Program-made: the position numbers and the translations under genes
Notes under the pieces: generated by a model
Seen by the model: the letters and a program-made list of their open reading frames with translations, nothing else
The model's database searches: none
Told to the model about the DNA's origin: nothing
NCBI GenBank assembly: GCA_946624925.1
Contig: CAMOSO010000072.1
Span: forward strand, 9,029 to 73,028
Origin: an uncultured Bacteroidales bacterium
Lineage (GTDB): Bacteria; Bacteroidota; Bacteroidia; Bacteroidales; UBA3824
Length of the DNA stretch: 64,000 bases
Reading direction: 5' to 3'
Part shown: piece by piece, positions 38,483 through 46,622 of the stretch
Numbering within the stretch: the first letter of the stretch is position 1
How the letters are laid out: each line of letters starts with the position of its first letter

Positions 38483-39689
38483 CACAACAAAAATAGGAAC
38501 TGAATTCGAAAACAAGATTTTCGATATATTTTCATCCTTGCTTAACAAGGATGAAGTACCTAATGCGTCAAAAAAATATTCCAAAATATTTAAACATAAA
38601 AAATATAAGTGTTCCAATACAAGTAGAACGATTGACTTTGAAATAACAATAGAAAATTACAATCCTTATATAAATACTGACACTTGGAGTTCTTTGATTG
38701 TGATAGAATGTAAGAATTATACTAATAAGGTTGATATTTCAGATTTAGATGAGTTTAGTAAAAAAATAAGCCTAATATCGACATCGGCAATTAAAGGAAT
38801 ATTTGTAACTACTGTTGGATTTTCTCAAACTGAAATTGAACAAGCACAAAGCGAACATATTGCACTTATTGTTGCAAACCCGAGCGGTGATTTGAAATGG
38901 TTGGTTAGTAGAGATTTGAATAAATATCCTGAACAATTGTGGGAGTTCTTAATAGGTAATGCTAAAACAGATGGGCGACCTGTTGTTTATGATGATAATA
39001 GGTTCACGAATATTGAGGATATTCTTTTGAAATACGGGGCTGCGGTTTCATTCAACAATGTTATTATTCCATACATTACAGAGGATGATTTGAAAAAGAA
39101 AGTCGATGAATTGTGTTCAACGTATAAATTAGGCAATGATAAAGCCGGCGAACTATTGGTCAAAGCATTTCCTTCATATAGGGTAGATTTCGTAGATATG
39201 CCATACGGTGTATTATGCCATTTGGACCTAAAAAGTGAAGTAATTTATATTTCAAATTCAATAATTAATGATTTTCATAGAATGAATTTTACATTAGCGC
39301 ACGAATTAGGGCATCTAATTTTGCACGTTCCTCTTTTTCAAAAAATGGAAGGACAATTTGATGATTTTGAAAGACTTATCATTGCATTACCTGAGACTAA
39401 ACGGAAAAGAATGGAAATGCAAGCTGATTTATTCGCCTCATATTTATTGATCAAACAAGATGTTCTAATGAAAGAAGTCGCTCGATTGTTCACACAGTTT
39501 AGTGTTACAAAAGGCAGATTATATCTTGATAATCAAAGATGTAACATTTCATTAGTTAATTCAATTGTTAATCAACTTTCGACTATATTTAATGTATCAA
39601 AGGAGGCTATAAAAGTACGTTTGCAAAAGGAAAATTTATTGGTTGTTAGTAATAATTATAGTCCACAAAGAATGGAACGTTATTTCTAA
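38463..39689 (+). CDS. Fusion protein: N-terminal Mrr-like PD-(D/E)xK restriction-endonuclease fold plus C-terminal ImmA/IrrE (M78) zinc metallopeptidase
   Basis: GTEFENKIF...IDFEI...LIVIECKNY...GIFVTTVGFSQTEIEQAQ (Mrr_cat pattern). LAHELGHLILH (HExxH) and MQADLFASYLL (ImmA/IrrE pattern). The start overlaps the preceding lipoprotein gene by 20 nt. Confidence 0.7.
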   Translation: MTKKMSNTTKIGTEFENKIFDIFSSLLNKDEVPNASKKYSKIFKHKKYKCSNTSRTIDFEITIENYNPYINTDTWSSLIVIECKNYTNKVDISDLDEFSKKISLISTSAIKGIFVTTVGFSQTEIEQAQSEHIALIVANPSGDLKWLVSRDLNKYPEQLWEFLIGNAKTDGRPVVYDDNRFTNIEDILLKYGAAVSFNNVIIPYITEDDLKKKVDELCSTYKLGNDKAGELLVKAFPSYRVDFVDMPYGVLCHLDLKSEVIYISNSIINDFHRMNFTLAHELGHLILHVPLFQKMEGQFDDFERLIIALPETKRKRMEMQADLFASYLLIKQDVLMKEVARLFTQFSVTKGRLYLDNQRCNISLVNSIVNQLSTIFNVSKEAIKVRLQKENLLVVSNNYSPQRMERYF

Positions 39690-40231
39690 AACACTAATTC
39701 CGAATCGTCAGGAAAAACAACTATTACATCAGCCTTAAAAAAACGTTTGTCCCATACACACAACTGCACCGGCAAATCTTCGTCCGAATAGGCAGGACTG
39801 TTTGAAGCAAATTGAATTTTGTGTATTACCGGAGCACATTCCATCGCTAACATCCTAATAGCGAAAAAATTGTTCATAAATTCGGATGTGCTTTTCAATG
39901 CGTTGATTACATCTTGTGCGTAAATTGTGTTGCTTACTTTTTTGCGAGATGCGAATTCTTTTGCTAATACAATCCGCGTATCGGTATATTCTTTGCTATG
40001 GTTTGTGTCAAACATATCAAACAAATGGAAATTTTTGTCGTATTCAGTTTTGCAAATCATATAATTATTTTTGTAACGACTTTTTCCCCACCAATGCGCA
40101 CGGTCGATGCTCGAATCCCAAAAGTAGTAACCATAACCCAACCAAGCGTTTTGGTCACTACTCCAATGTGGAATTTCATCTTCGTCTGCGGTATATTCCA
40201 ATGCTTGATATATGGTACAAAAGGAAGACAT
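39686..40231 (-). CDS. ORFan, 181 aa (third gene of the SecB-like operon; candidate effector/toxin)
   Basis: No confident family. IPHWSS...GYGYYFWDSSIDRAHWWG only faintly recalls the YHGS...G.GFY...A..WA core of DUF3990/ART-like folds. Its stop overlaps the convergent stop of 38463-39689. Confidence 0.55.
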   Translation of the reverse strand: MSSFCTIYQALEYTADEDEIPHWSSDQNAWLGYGYYFWDSSIDRAHWWGKSRYKNNYMICKTEYDKNFHLFDMFDTNHSKEYTDTRIVLAKEFASRKKVSNTIYAQDVINALKSTSEFMNNFFAIRMLAMECAPVIHKIQFASNSPAYSDEDLPVQLCVWDKRFFKADVIVVFPDDSELVF

Positions 40232-40234
40232 AAT

Positions 40235-40645
40235 TTATTTTTCTGAGGTGTTTTTTATCAAAACATCTTTCAATGACGATAAATTCATCGTAGGCAAAAT
40301 GATAGGTTTATAATTGGCTTGTAAAGTCAGCGAACTTACAAATGCCCTAATATAAGGATACATAATGGCAATACTATTGGCATAAAAGAAATGCGGAATA
40401 TCGTTTATGTTATCCACCGCATCTGAAAATTTAAACAAGGAAACAACTTTTAGTGCAATAACTTCTTTGTCTTTGTCGGAATCCTTGGCTGTAAATAAAA
40501 TAGAAAGCCAATATTCTCGTTTTTTTGCATCAAATATGCCTCTCGGCTCCAATTTACCTATACTAAGCACCTTGGGTTCCGAATCCAAATCCAACATTAC
40601 TTTTGAAAAGTTGAAACTTTCCAACGAAAACATTGCTTTCTCCAT
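40235..40645 (-). CDS. SecB-like chaperone
   Basis: The pattern aligns to SecB: FSLESFNFSKVMLDLD ~ FQIQRIYTKDISFEAP; YWLSILFTAK...ALKVVSLFKF ~ YEVVLRVTVTA...LCEVQQGGIFSI; ANSIAIMYPYIRAFVSSLTLQANYKPIILPTMNLSSL ~ [35 protein letters not shown]. Confidence 0.6.
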   Translation of the reverse strand: MEKAMFSLESFNFSKVMLDLDSEPKVLSIGKLEPRGIFDAKKREYWLSILFTAKDSDKDKEVIALKVVSLFKFSDAVDNINDIPHFFYANSIAIMYPYIRAFVSSLTLQANYKPIILPTMNLSSLKDVLIKNTSEK

Positions 40646-40905
40646 TATGCTGCCAAATTATAATCTTCTTCACTAAATTCTAATTCACATTTTTCTACGG
40701 CAATAGAAACCCTATCTTCCGCCAAATCAGCAATATCCATAATCATATTACCACCAATATAATTATCCATTATATCCTGATATTCAGCGGCAGATATCGA
40801 ATTATTATCAGTTCTTTTGGCTTCTATATTACTCCACCATTGGTCAAATTCGTCGTTTGACATAGAACTGAGTTTGTTTCTTAATATATCTGCGAAAACA
40901 CCCAT
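40645..40905 (-). CDS. Small, highly acidic protein (86 aa), first gene of the SecB-like operon
   Basis: D/E-rich with no TM helix. Its stop overlaps the SecB-like start by 1 nt. A near-consensus -7 box (TAatATTG) lies upstream on the minus strand. Confidence 0.5.
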   Translation of the reverse strand: MGVFADILRNKLSSMSNDEFDQWWSNIEAKRTDNNSISAAEYQDIMDNYIGGNMIMDIADLAEDRVSIAVEKCELEFSEEDYNLAA

Positions 40906-41033
40906 ATTTAAAATTTTGTTGTGAAATTCGTTGCAATATTAATATTTTTTTTTCAAAACACAAAAGTTTTTACAAAAAAAGAGCGAAAAAACTTTATTTC
41001 TCGCCCCTTTTTTAAATTCTCAATCATTAATTT

Positions 41034-44000
41034 CTACACATACTCCTGCCAACTCTTAATCTTCAATCCATCGACTCCTACTGCGCAGAATGCCTCGATA
41101 AATGCCGTGGCAAGTCTTGCGTTGGTGATGAGCGGGATGTTGTGGTCGATTGCGCCGCGACGGATGCGGTAGCCGTTGGTGAGTTCGCGCTTGGTGTGGT
41201 TTTTCGGGATGTTGACGATGAGGTCAAACTTGTGGTCGGAAATCATCTTCATCACATTCTCGTACTTCGATACGCCGTCCTCGTCGGGCCAACCTACTGC
41301 GGTGGCTTTTACACCGTTGTCGTTGAAATACTTGGCGGTGCCTTCGGTGGCGTAAATCGAATAACCATTCTTGCAAAGTTCGCGGGCGGCGTCGAGCATC
41401 GCAGCCTTCTCCTTGGCACTTCCCGACGAAATCATAATGCCCTTCTCCTTCGACGGAATCTTGTAGCCGGTGGCGATGAGAGCGTTCAAGAGAGCCTCTT
41501 CGTAAGTGTCGCCAAGACAGCCAACTTCGCCCGTAGAACTCATATCGACGCCCAAAACCGGATCGGCATTTTGAAGCCTTGCAAACGAGAATTGACTTGC
41601 CTTAACGCCCATTCTGTCGATGTCAAACTCGCTCTTGTCGGGCTTGGTGTAAGGCGCGTCGAGCATGATGCGTGTGGCGGTCTCGATGAAATTTCTCTTC
41701 AAAACCTTGCTTACAAACGGGAACGAACGCGATGCACGGAGGTTGCACTCGATTACTTTCACGTCGCGACCCTTAGCAAGATACTGGATGTTGAACGGAC
41801 CCGAAATATTGAGTTCCTTGGCGATTGCACGGCTTATTTTCTTAATCTGACGCACCGTGCCAAAGCTGATTTGCTGAGCCGGGAACACCATCGTAGCGTC
41901 GCCGGAATGAACGCCCGCATACTCAACGTGTTCGCTGATGCCGTACTCAACGATTTCGCCGTTCTGAGCCACAGCGTCAAACTCTATCTCGTTGGTTTCC
42001 TGCATGAACTGCGAGATCACAACGGGATACTCCTTGCTGACTTCGCTTGCGAGCGCGAGAAAACGCTCCAACTCCTCGTAATCGTAGCAAACGTTCATTG
42101 CCGCGCCCGAAAGCACATACGACGGACGCACCAAAACCGGGAATCCAACCCTGTCAACAAACGCCTTCACGTCATCCATACTTGTGAGTGCACTCCATTC
42201 GGGTTGGTCGATGCCGAGTTGATCGAGCATTGCCGAGAACTTGTTGCGATTTTCGGCGCGGTCGATTGATACCGGCGATGTACCGAGAATTGGCACGCTC
42301 TGACGGTGGAGTTTCATTGCGAGGTTGTTTGGTATCTGACCGCCAACCGAAACAATCACGCCGCGAGGATTTTCCAAGTCGATGACGTCCAAAACACGCT
42401 CAAACGACAGCTCGTCAAAATACAGACGGTCGCACATGTCGTAGTCGGTGGAGACGGTTTCGGGATTATAATTAATCATAATCGACTTGTAACCGAGTTT
42501 GCGGGCGGTATTGATGGCGTTGACGCTACACCAGTCGAACTCCACAGACGAGCCAATTCTGTAAGCACCTGAGCCAAGTACGATTACGGATTTTTCATTT
42601 TGATAATAATTAATATCATAACCCTCAACGCTGTACGTCATATAGAGGTAATTGGTGAGGTCTGGATGCTCGCTTGCAACAGTCGGGATGCGCTTGACGG
42701 CGGGAAGAATGCCGAGTTTTTTGCGGTAGGCGCGCACGGCGAGATTTTCCTTCTCCATATTGCCGCCCTTGGTTTTGAGGACAAAACGTGCAATCTGGAA
42801 GTCGCTGAAACCGAGTATCTTGGCTTCGCGGAGAACGTCGGCACTCAGGTCTTCAATCTTGTTGTAAGATTCGAGTTTGTGCTTGAAATCGACGATGTTT
42901 TTGAGTTTGCCGATGAACCACGGATCGATTTTGGTGAGTTCGTAAATGCGGTCGATTGTGTAGCCATCCTCCAACGCCTGCGCAATCGCAAAAATGCGGA
43001 GGTCGGTGGGGTTGGCGAGTTCGTCGTCGAGGTTGGCAAACTTGGTGTGGTCGTTGCCAACAAAACCGTGCATACCCTGTCCAATCATCCTCAAACCCTT
43101 CTGTATCAGCTCCTCAAAGGTGCGTCCGATTGACATGATTTCGCCCACAGACTTCATCGACGAACCGATTTTGCGGCTCACTCCGGCAAATTTCGTCAAG
43201 TCCCAACGAGGGATTTTGCAGATTAAATAATCCAACGACGGAGCCACGTAAGCCGAATTTGTGGTGCCCATTTCGCCGATTTGGTCGAGGGTGTAGCCGA
43301 GGGCAATTTTGGCTGCAACAAATGCCAACGGATAGCCCGTAGCCTTTGATGCAAGGGCAGACGAGCGGCTGAGGCGGGCGTTGATTTCGATGATGCGGTA
43401 ATCGTTGGTCTCGGCGTTGAAAGCGTATTGGATGTTACATTCGCCGACGATATTGAGATGACGGACACATTTAACCGCCAATTCCTGCAACATCTTCACC
43501 TGAGCGTCTGAGAGTGAGCAAGTTGGGGCTACAACGATTGATTCGCCGGTGTGGATTCCGAGCGGGTCGAAGTTTTCCATCGACGCAACGGTGAAGCAAT
43601 GGTCGTTGGCATCACGGATTACCTCAAACTCAATTTCCTTCCAACCTTTAAGACTCTCTTCCACAAGCACTTGTGGAGCGAATGTAAATGCAGATTCGGC
43701 GATTTCGAGGAAAGTTTTTTCGTCGGGACACACGCCCGAACCCAATCCGCCCAAAGCGTATGCCGAACGAATCATCACCGGATAACCGATTTTGCGGGCA
43801 GTTGCCACCGCCTCGTCGAGACTTTCGCAAGCGTGGCTTACAGGCACTTTGAGATCCGCCTTGTTCATCTCCTTGACGAAAAGGTCGCGGTCTTCTGTGT
43901 TCATAATCGCCTCAACGCTTGTTCCGAGCACCTGAACGCCGTATTCCTTCAAAACACCAGTCTTGAAAAGTTCGGTGCCGCAGTTAAGCGCGGTCTGACC

Positions 44001-44267
44001 GCCGAAAGCCAACAGAATACCGTCGGGGCGTTCTTTTTTGATGATTTCGGTAACGAAATGCGTGTTGACGGGCAAGAAATACACCTTGTCGGCGATGCCC
44101 TCGCTTGTCTGGATAGTAGCGATATTGGGGTTGACGAGGACGGACTTGATGCCCTCTTCTCGTAATGCTTTAAGTGCCTGACTACCAGAGTAGTCAAACT
44201 CACCCGCCTGACCGATTTTCAGCGCGCCGGAGCCGAGCACAAGCACTTTTTTAAGTTTGGTGTTCAT
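41034..44267 (-). CDS. carB: Carbamoyl-phosphate synthase large subunit
   Basis: 1077 aa with duplicated ATP-grasp modules, an oligomerisation domain and a C-terminal MGS-like domain. N-terminus VLVLGSGALKIGQAGEFDYSGSQA. Confidence 0.95.
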   Translation of the reverse strand: MNTKLKKVLVLGSGALKIGQAGEFDYSGSQALKALREEGIKSVLVNPNIATIQTSEGIADKVYFLPVNTHFVTEIIKKERPDGILLAFGGQTALNCGTELFKTGVLKEYGVQVLGTSVEAIMNTEDRDLFVKEMNKADLKVPVSHACESLDEAVATARKIGYPVMIRSAYALGGLGSGVCPDEKTFLEIAESAFTFAPQVLVEESLKGWKEIEFEVIRDANDHCFTVASMENFDPLGIHTGESIVVAPTCSLSDAQVKMLQELAVKCVRHLNIVGECNIQYAFNAETNDYRIIEINARLSRSSALASKATGYPLAFVAAKIALGYTLDQIGEMGTTNSAYVAPSLDYLICKIPRWDLTKFAGVSRKIGSSMKSVGEIMSIGRTFEELIQKGLRMIGQGMHGFVGNDHTKFANLDDELANPTDLRIFAIAQALEDGYTIDRIYELTKIDPWFIGKLKNIVDFKHKLESYNKIEDLSADVLREAKILGFSDFQIARFVLKTKGGNMEKENLAVRAYRKKLGILPAVKRIPTVASEHPDLTNYLYMTYSVEGYDINYYQNEKSVIVLGSGAYRIGSSVEFDWCSVNAINTARKLGYKSIMINYNPETVSTDYDMCDRLYFDELSFERVLDVIDLENPRGVIVSVGGQIPNNLAMKLHRQSVPILGTSPVSIDRAENRNKFSAMLDQLGIDQPEWSALTSMDDVKAFVDRVGFPVLVRPSYVLSGAAMNVCYDYEELERFLALASEVSKEYPVVISQFMQETNEIEFDAVAQNGEIVEYGISEHVEYAGVHSGDATMVFPAQQISFGTVRQIKKISRAIAKELNISGPFNIQYLAKGRDVKVIECNLRASRSFPFVSKVLKRNFIETATRIMLDAPYTKPDKSEFDIDRMGVKASQFSFARLQNADPVLGVDMSSTGEVGCLGDTYEEALLNALIATGYKIPSKEKGIMISSGSAKEKAAMLDAARELCKNGYSIYATEGTAKYFNDNGVKATAVGWPDEDGVSKYENVMKMISDHKFDLIVNIPKNHTKRELTNGYRIRRGAIDHNIPLITNARLATAFIEAFCAVGVDGLKIKSWQEYV

Positions 44268-44445
44268 TATAATGAATGTTATATTAATTTTGCTAATTAG
44301 ACGGGTACAAATTTATAGTTTTTTGGGGGAATGTGCAAGAGGAAAAAATGTTTTTTTGTAGGGGCGTTGCTCATCAACGCTCCGATGATGATTTGTGGGA
44401 ATGCAGGGATGTGGATTGGTAAGCGGAGCGTACACAAGGACGCCC

Positions 44446-46089
44446 CTACACGAAATCGCGCTTTGATTTTGATTTCAAATCATTTATTACACCAATCATA
44501 TAATCAATAGATTGTTTTATCAATTCAATATTGTCAAACTTGCTATTTAAAGGATGCGGATGGTCTATTTGATTACGTACACAATAAGGCAGAGAACGCT
44601 CTTGAATAACGAATCGCTTTTCGGGCAATGTTTCCTTATCGTTCCTAATTATTGGTTCTTCTTTTTTACCTATACGATAAAACTTTTCTATCCTTAAATT
44701 CGCCTTATAATTTGTTTTTAAATAATCGTCAATTTGTTCCAAACTATATGTAGCACTGTTTCTCTCATTTATCAATCGATGCATATAACCAAATAATTCA
44801 ATATGAAATTCTATTGAACCTTCAGCAAAGGCAATATAGTTAATTTCGTTCATTGAAACGTAATTGTTGTTGTATTTTAAAACACGTTCAGCCACATCAA
44901 TTCTTTCTGTACTGCCATTCGTTTGTTTCAAAACAATACACTTCACACCTTCTTTTTCTTTCGCTAATTCTTTAACAATAAATGGCGAATGGGTCGTTAT
45001 AATAACTTGGTGTATTTTTGATAGATTTTTTAATGTTTCATACATTTTGCGCTGTTCATTTGGGTGCAAATGTGTTTCAGGTTCTTCAAAACCCATAATA
45101 ACAGTTTGATTAGAATTAAATTTGGGGTCAGACAACAATCTAAATATAGCATTCTTGACATTTGTCTGAAACCCCTCTCCTCTGTGCTGTAAAGGTATTC
45201 CACCATTCGTCATTAATATATCATTTGCTAGAATGTCGACGTCACTATTTTCAACGAATCTAAAACTTTCGTTTGATTTAAGAAACTCGTTTGATAATTG
45301 GGCGGCGATTTTATTCCTCGAAGAAATAACCCTCCGTTGAAGTTCGAAATAATCTTGTCGCAACAATAGTTTAATGTACCCATCAATAGTATCAGTAGTA
45401 CGTTGTAATCTGAATAGTTCTGAGAACTTACTGCACATTAGTTTGTCATAATCGAATCCAATATATTTCTCTTTCCTTTTAGATGTATTGTTTCGGCAAT
45501 ACTTGAATAAATCATCGCATATTTTTTCACTCTCCTCATGATATTCATTAAGAACTTTACGTTTAGAAGTGTTATTTAAATTAAATGATAAATGTTTTTC
45601 TCGTAGTGTATTAATGTCTATTTTAGAAAAAATATTGCCAATTTCATCGAAATAATATGCCTTTATTTCATACACATTAGGTTTTGTTCCTGATCTGTAA
45701 TTATTCCATGATAATGGATTTACCAATTGTTTTTTTATACAAATACAATCATCCTCTATAAAGTCTTTTACAAAATAATGTGTTTTTAAACTGCCAAAAG
45801 AGTTTACGTTTACGCATTGTATCATTTCATCCATTTCTCCCGTGAAAATAATTTCCACAGAAAATTCTCCATCGTCTCCAAAAATAGAATCTGATTGATT
45901 TTTTCTTATTGTATCATAATTAAAATCATAACCGTCAAATTCTCTTTGCCCGAAAAACCACTCCAATGCAACAAATATAGTAGATTTACCCACATCATTT
46001 TTGCCTACGATGCAGTTAAAATCATCAAAATCAATTTCAACGTGTTTGTATGCGCGGAAATTGGTTAATATCATTTTCTTGATTTTCAT
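44446..46089 (-). CDS. AAA_15/OLD-type ABC-like ATPase with a C-terminal domain carrying an Rx4H motif; no Toprim domain seen
   Basis: Start trimmed to MKIKKMILTNFRAYKHVEIDF...IVGKNDVGKSTIF (Walker A). ...GFEEPETHLHP (Walker B/D-loop), ITTHSP. C-terminus ...CVRNQIDHPHP. Confidence 0.7.
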   Translation of the reverse strand: MKIKKMILTNFRAYKHVEIDFDDFNCIVGKNDVGKSTIFVALEWFFGQREFDGYDFNYDTIRKNQSDSIFGDDGEFSVEIIFTGEMDEMIQCVNVNSFGSLKTHYFVKDFIEDDCICIKKQLVNPLSWNNYRSGTKPNVYEIKAYYFDEIGNIFSKIDINTLREKHLSFNLNNTSKRKVLNEYHEESEKICDDLFKYCRNNTSKRKEKYIGFDYDKLMCSKFSELFRLQRTTDTIDGYIKLLLRQDYFELQRRVISSRNKIAAQLSNEFLKSNESFRFVENSDVDILANDILMTNGGIPLQHRGEGFQTNVKNAIFRLLSDPKFNSNQTVIMGFEEPETHLHPNEQRKMYETLKNLSKIHQVIITTHSPFIVKELAKEKEGVKCIVLKQTNGSTERIDVAERVLKYNNNYVSMNEINYIAFAEGSIEFHIELFGYMHRLINERNSATYSLEQIDDYLKTNYKANLRIEKFYRIGKKEEPIIRNDKETLPEKRFVIQERSLPYCVRNQIDHPHPLNSKFDNIELIKQSIDYMIGVINDLKSKSKRDFV

Positions 46090-46294
46090 TGGCGTTGTGT
46101 TGTTTTTGCTTAACTTTGCAAAAGTAACACATAATAAATGAACTTGCAAATTTTTTTTCGCAAAAAATATCACAATTATCGACTAATTGCCTCCCTAATA
46201 AAAGAATTAATCGCTTTCGCGAATGTGCAAGATGTTTTTTGCGGCAGTGGTTTGTGGAAAGAAAAAATATTTCTATCTTTGCGACATCTTAAAT

Positions 46295-46388
46295 GCGGGA
46301 ATAGTTCAGTGGCAGTACAATATTCTGCCAACGGTTAGAACGCACATACGGTCTATGTGATACACGAGTTCGAATCTTGTTTCCCGCA
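46295..46388 (+). tRNA. Non-canonical tRNA-like RNA, copy 1 (tRNA-Gly-type acceptor and T arm; hairpin inserted in the D-loop; ACGGTCT loop at the anticodon position)
   Basis: Acceptor 46295-301/46381-87 (GCGGGAA/TTCCCGC). D-stem 46304-07/46338-41 (GTTC/GAAC). Inserted hairpin 46311-15/46325-29 (GGCAG/CTGCC). Stem 46343-47/46355-59 (CACAT/ATGTG). T arm 46364-68/46376-80 with a TTCGAAT loop. TAtcTTTG -7 box at 46274-81. No encoded CCA. Confidence 0.6.
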
Positions 46389-46412
46389 CTATTTATTTTG
46401 CGACAACAAAAT

Positions 46413-46541
46413 GCGGGAATAGCTTAGTGGCAGAGCATTATTCTGCCAATGGTTAGAGCACGCACTTATTATTTATTTTGAAAAACACGCTTCGTATAAA
46501 TAGTAAGTGCGGAGACACGAGTTCGAATCTTGTTTCCCGCT
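46413..46541 (+). tRNA. Non-canonical tRNA-like RNA, copy 2 (same scaffold; anticodon-position arm extended to a 16-bp helix with a 19-nt loop)
   Basis: Acceptor 46413-19/46534-40. D-stem GCTT 46422-25 / GAGC 46456-59. Inserted hairpin 46429-34/46442-47. Long arm 46461-76/46496-511 (CGCAC+TTATTATTTAT / ATAAATAGTAA+GTGCG). T arm 46517-33. Discriminator T. Confidence 0.6.
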
Positions 46542-46622
46542 CTATTTTAATTGGTTCCACAATTGACGGCAATATTAACAAAAAATATCATTCCGAAAGT
46601 TTTTTTATAGATGTCAACTTCT

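Noticed and set aside
46138-46338. 66-aa ORF and other small ORFs (46478-46672, 46611-46844) overlapping the tRNA-like genes and the hipA 3' end
   Set aside because: They read through structured RNA or antisense to hipA and have no coding signature.
46295-46541. Calling the two RNAs ordinary tRNA-Gly(GCC) genes
   Set aside because: The CTGCCAA loop is present, but the five positions on each side cannot pair in either copy. In addition, 27 nt (copy 1) or 62 nt (copy 2) separate it from the T arm. Neither feature fits a class I tRNA-Gly. I also rejected an att-site duplication, because both copies have complete 5' and 3' acceptor strands.
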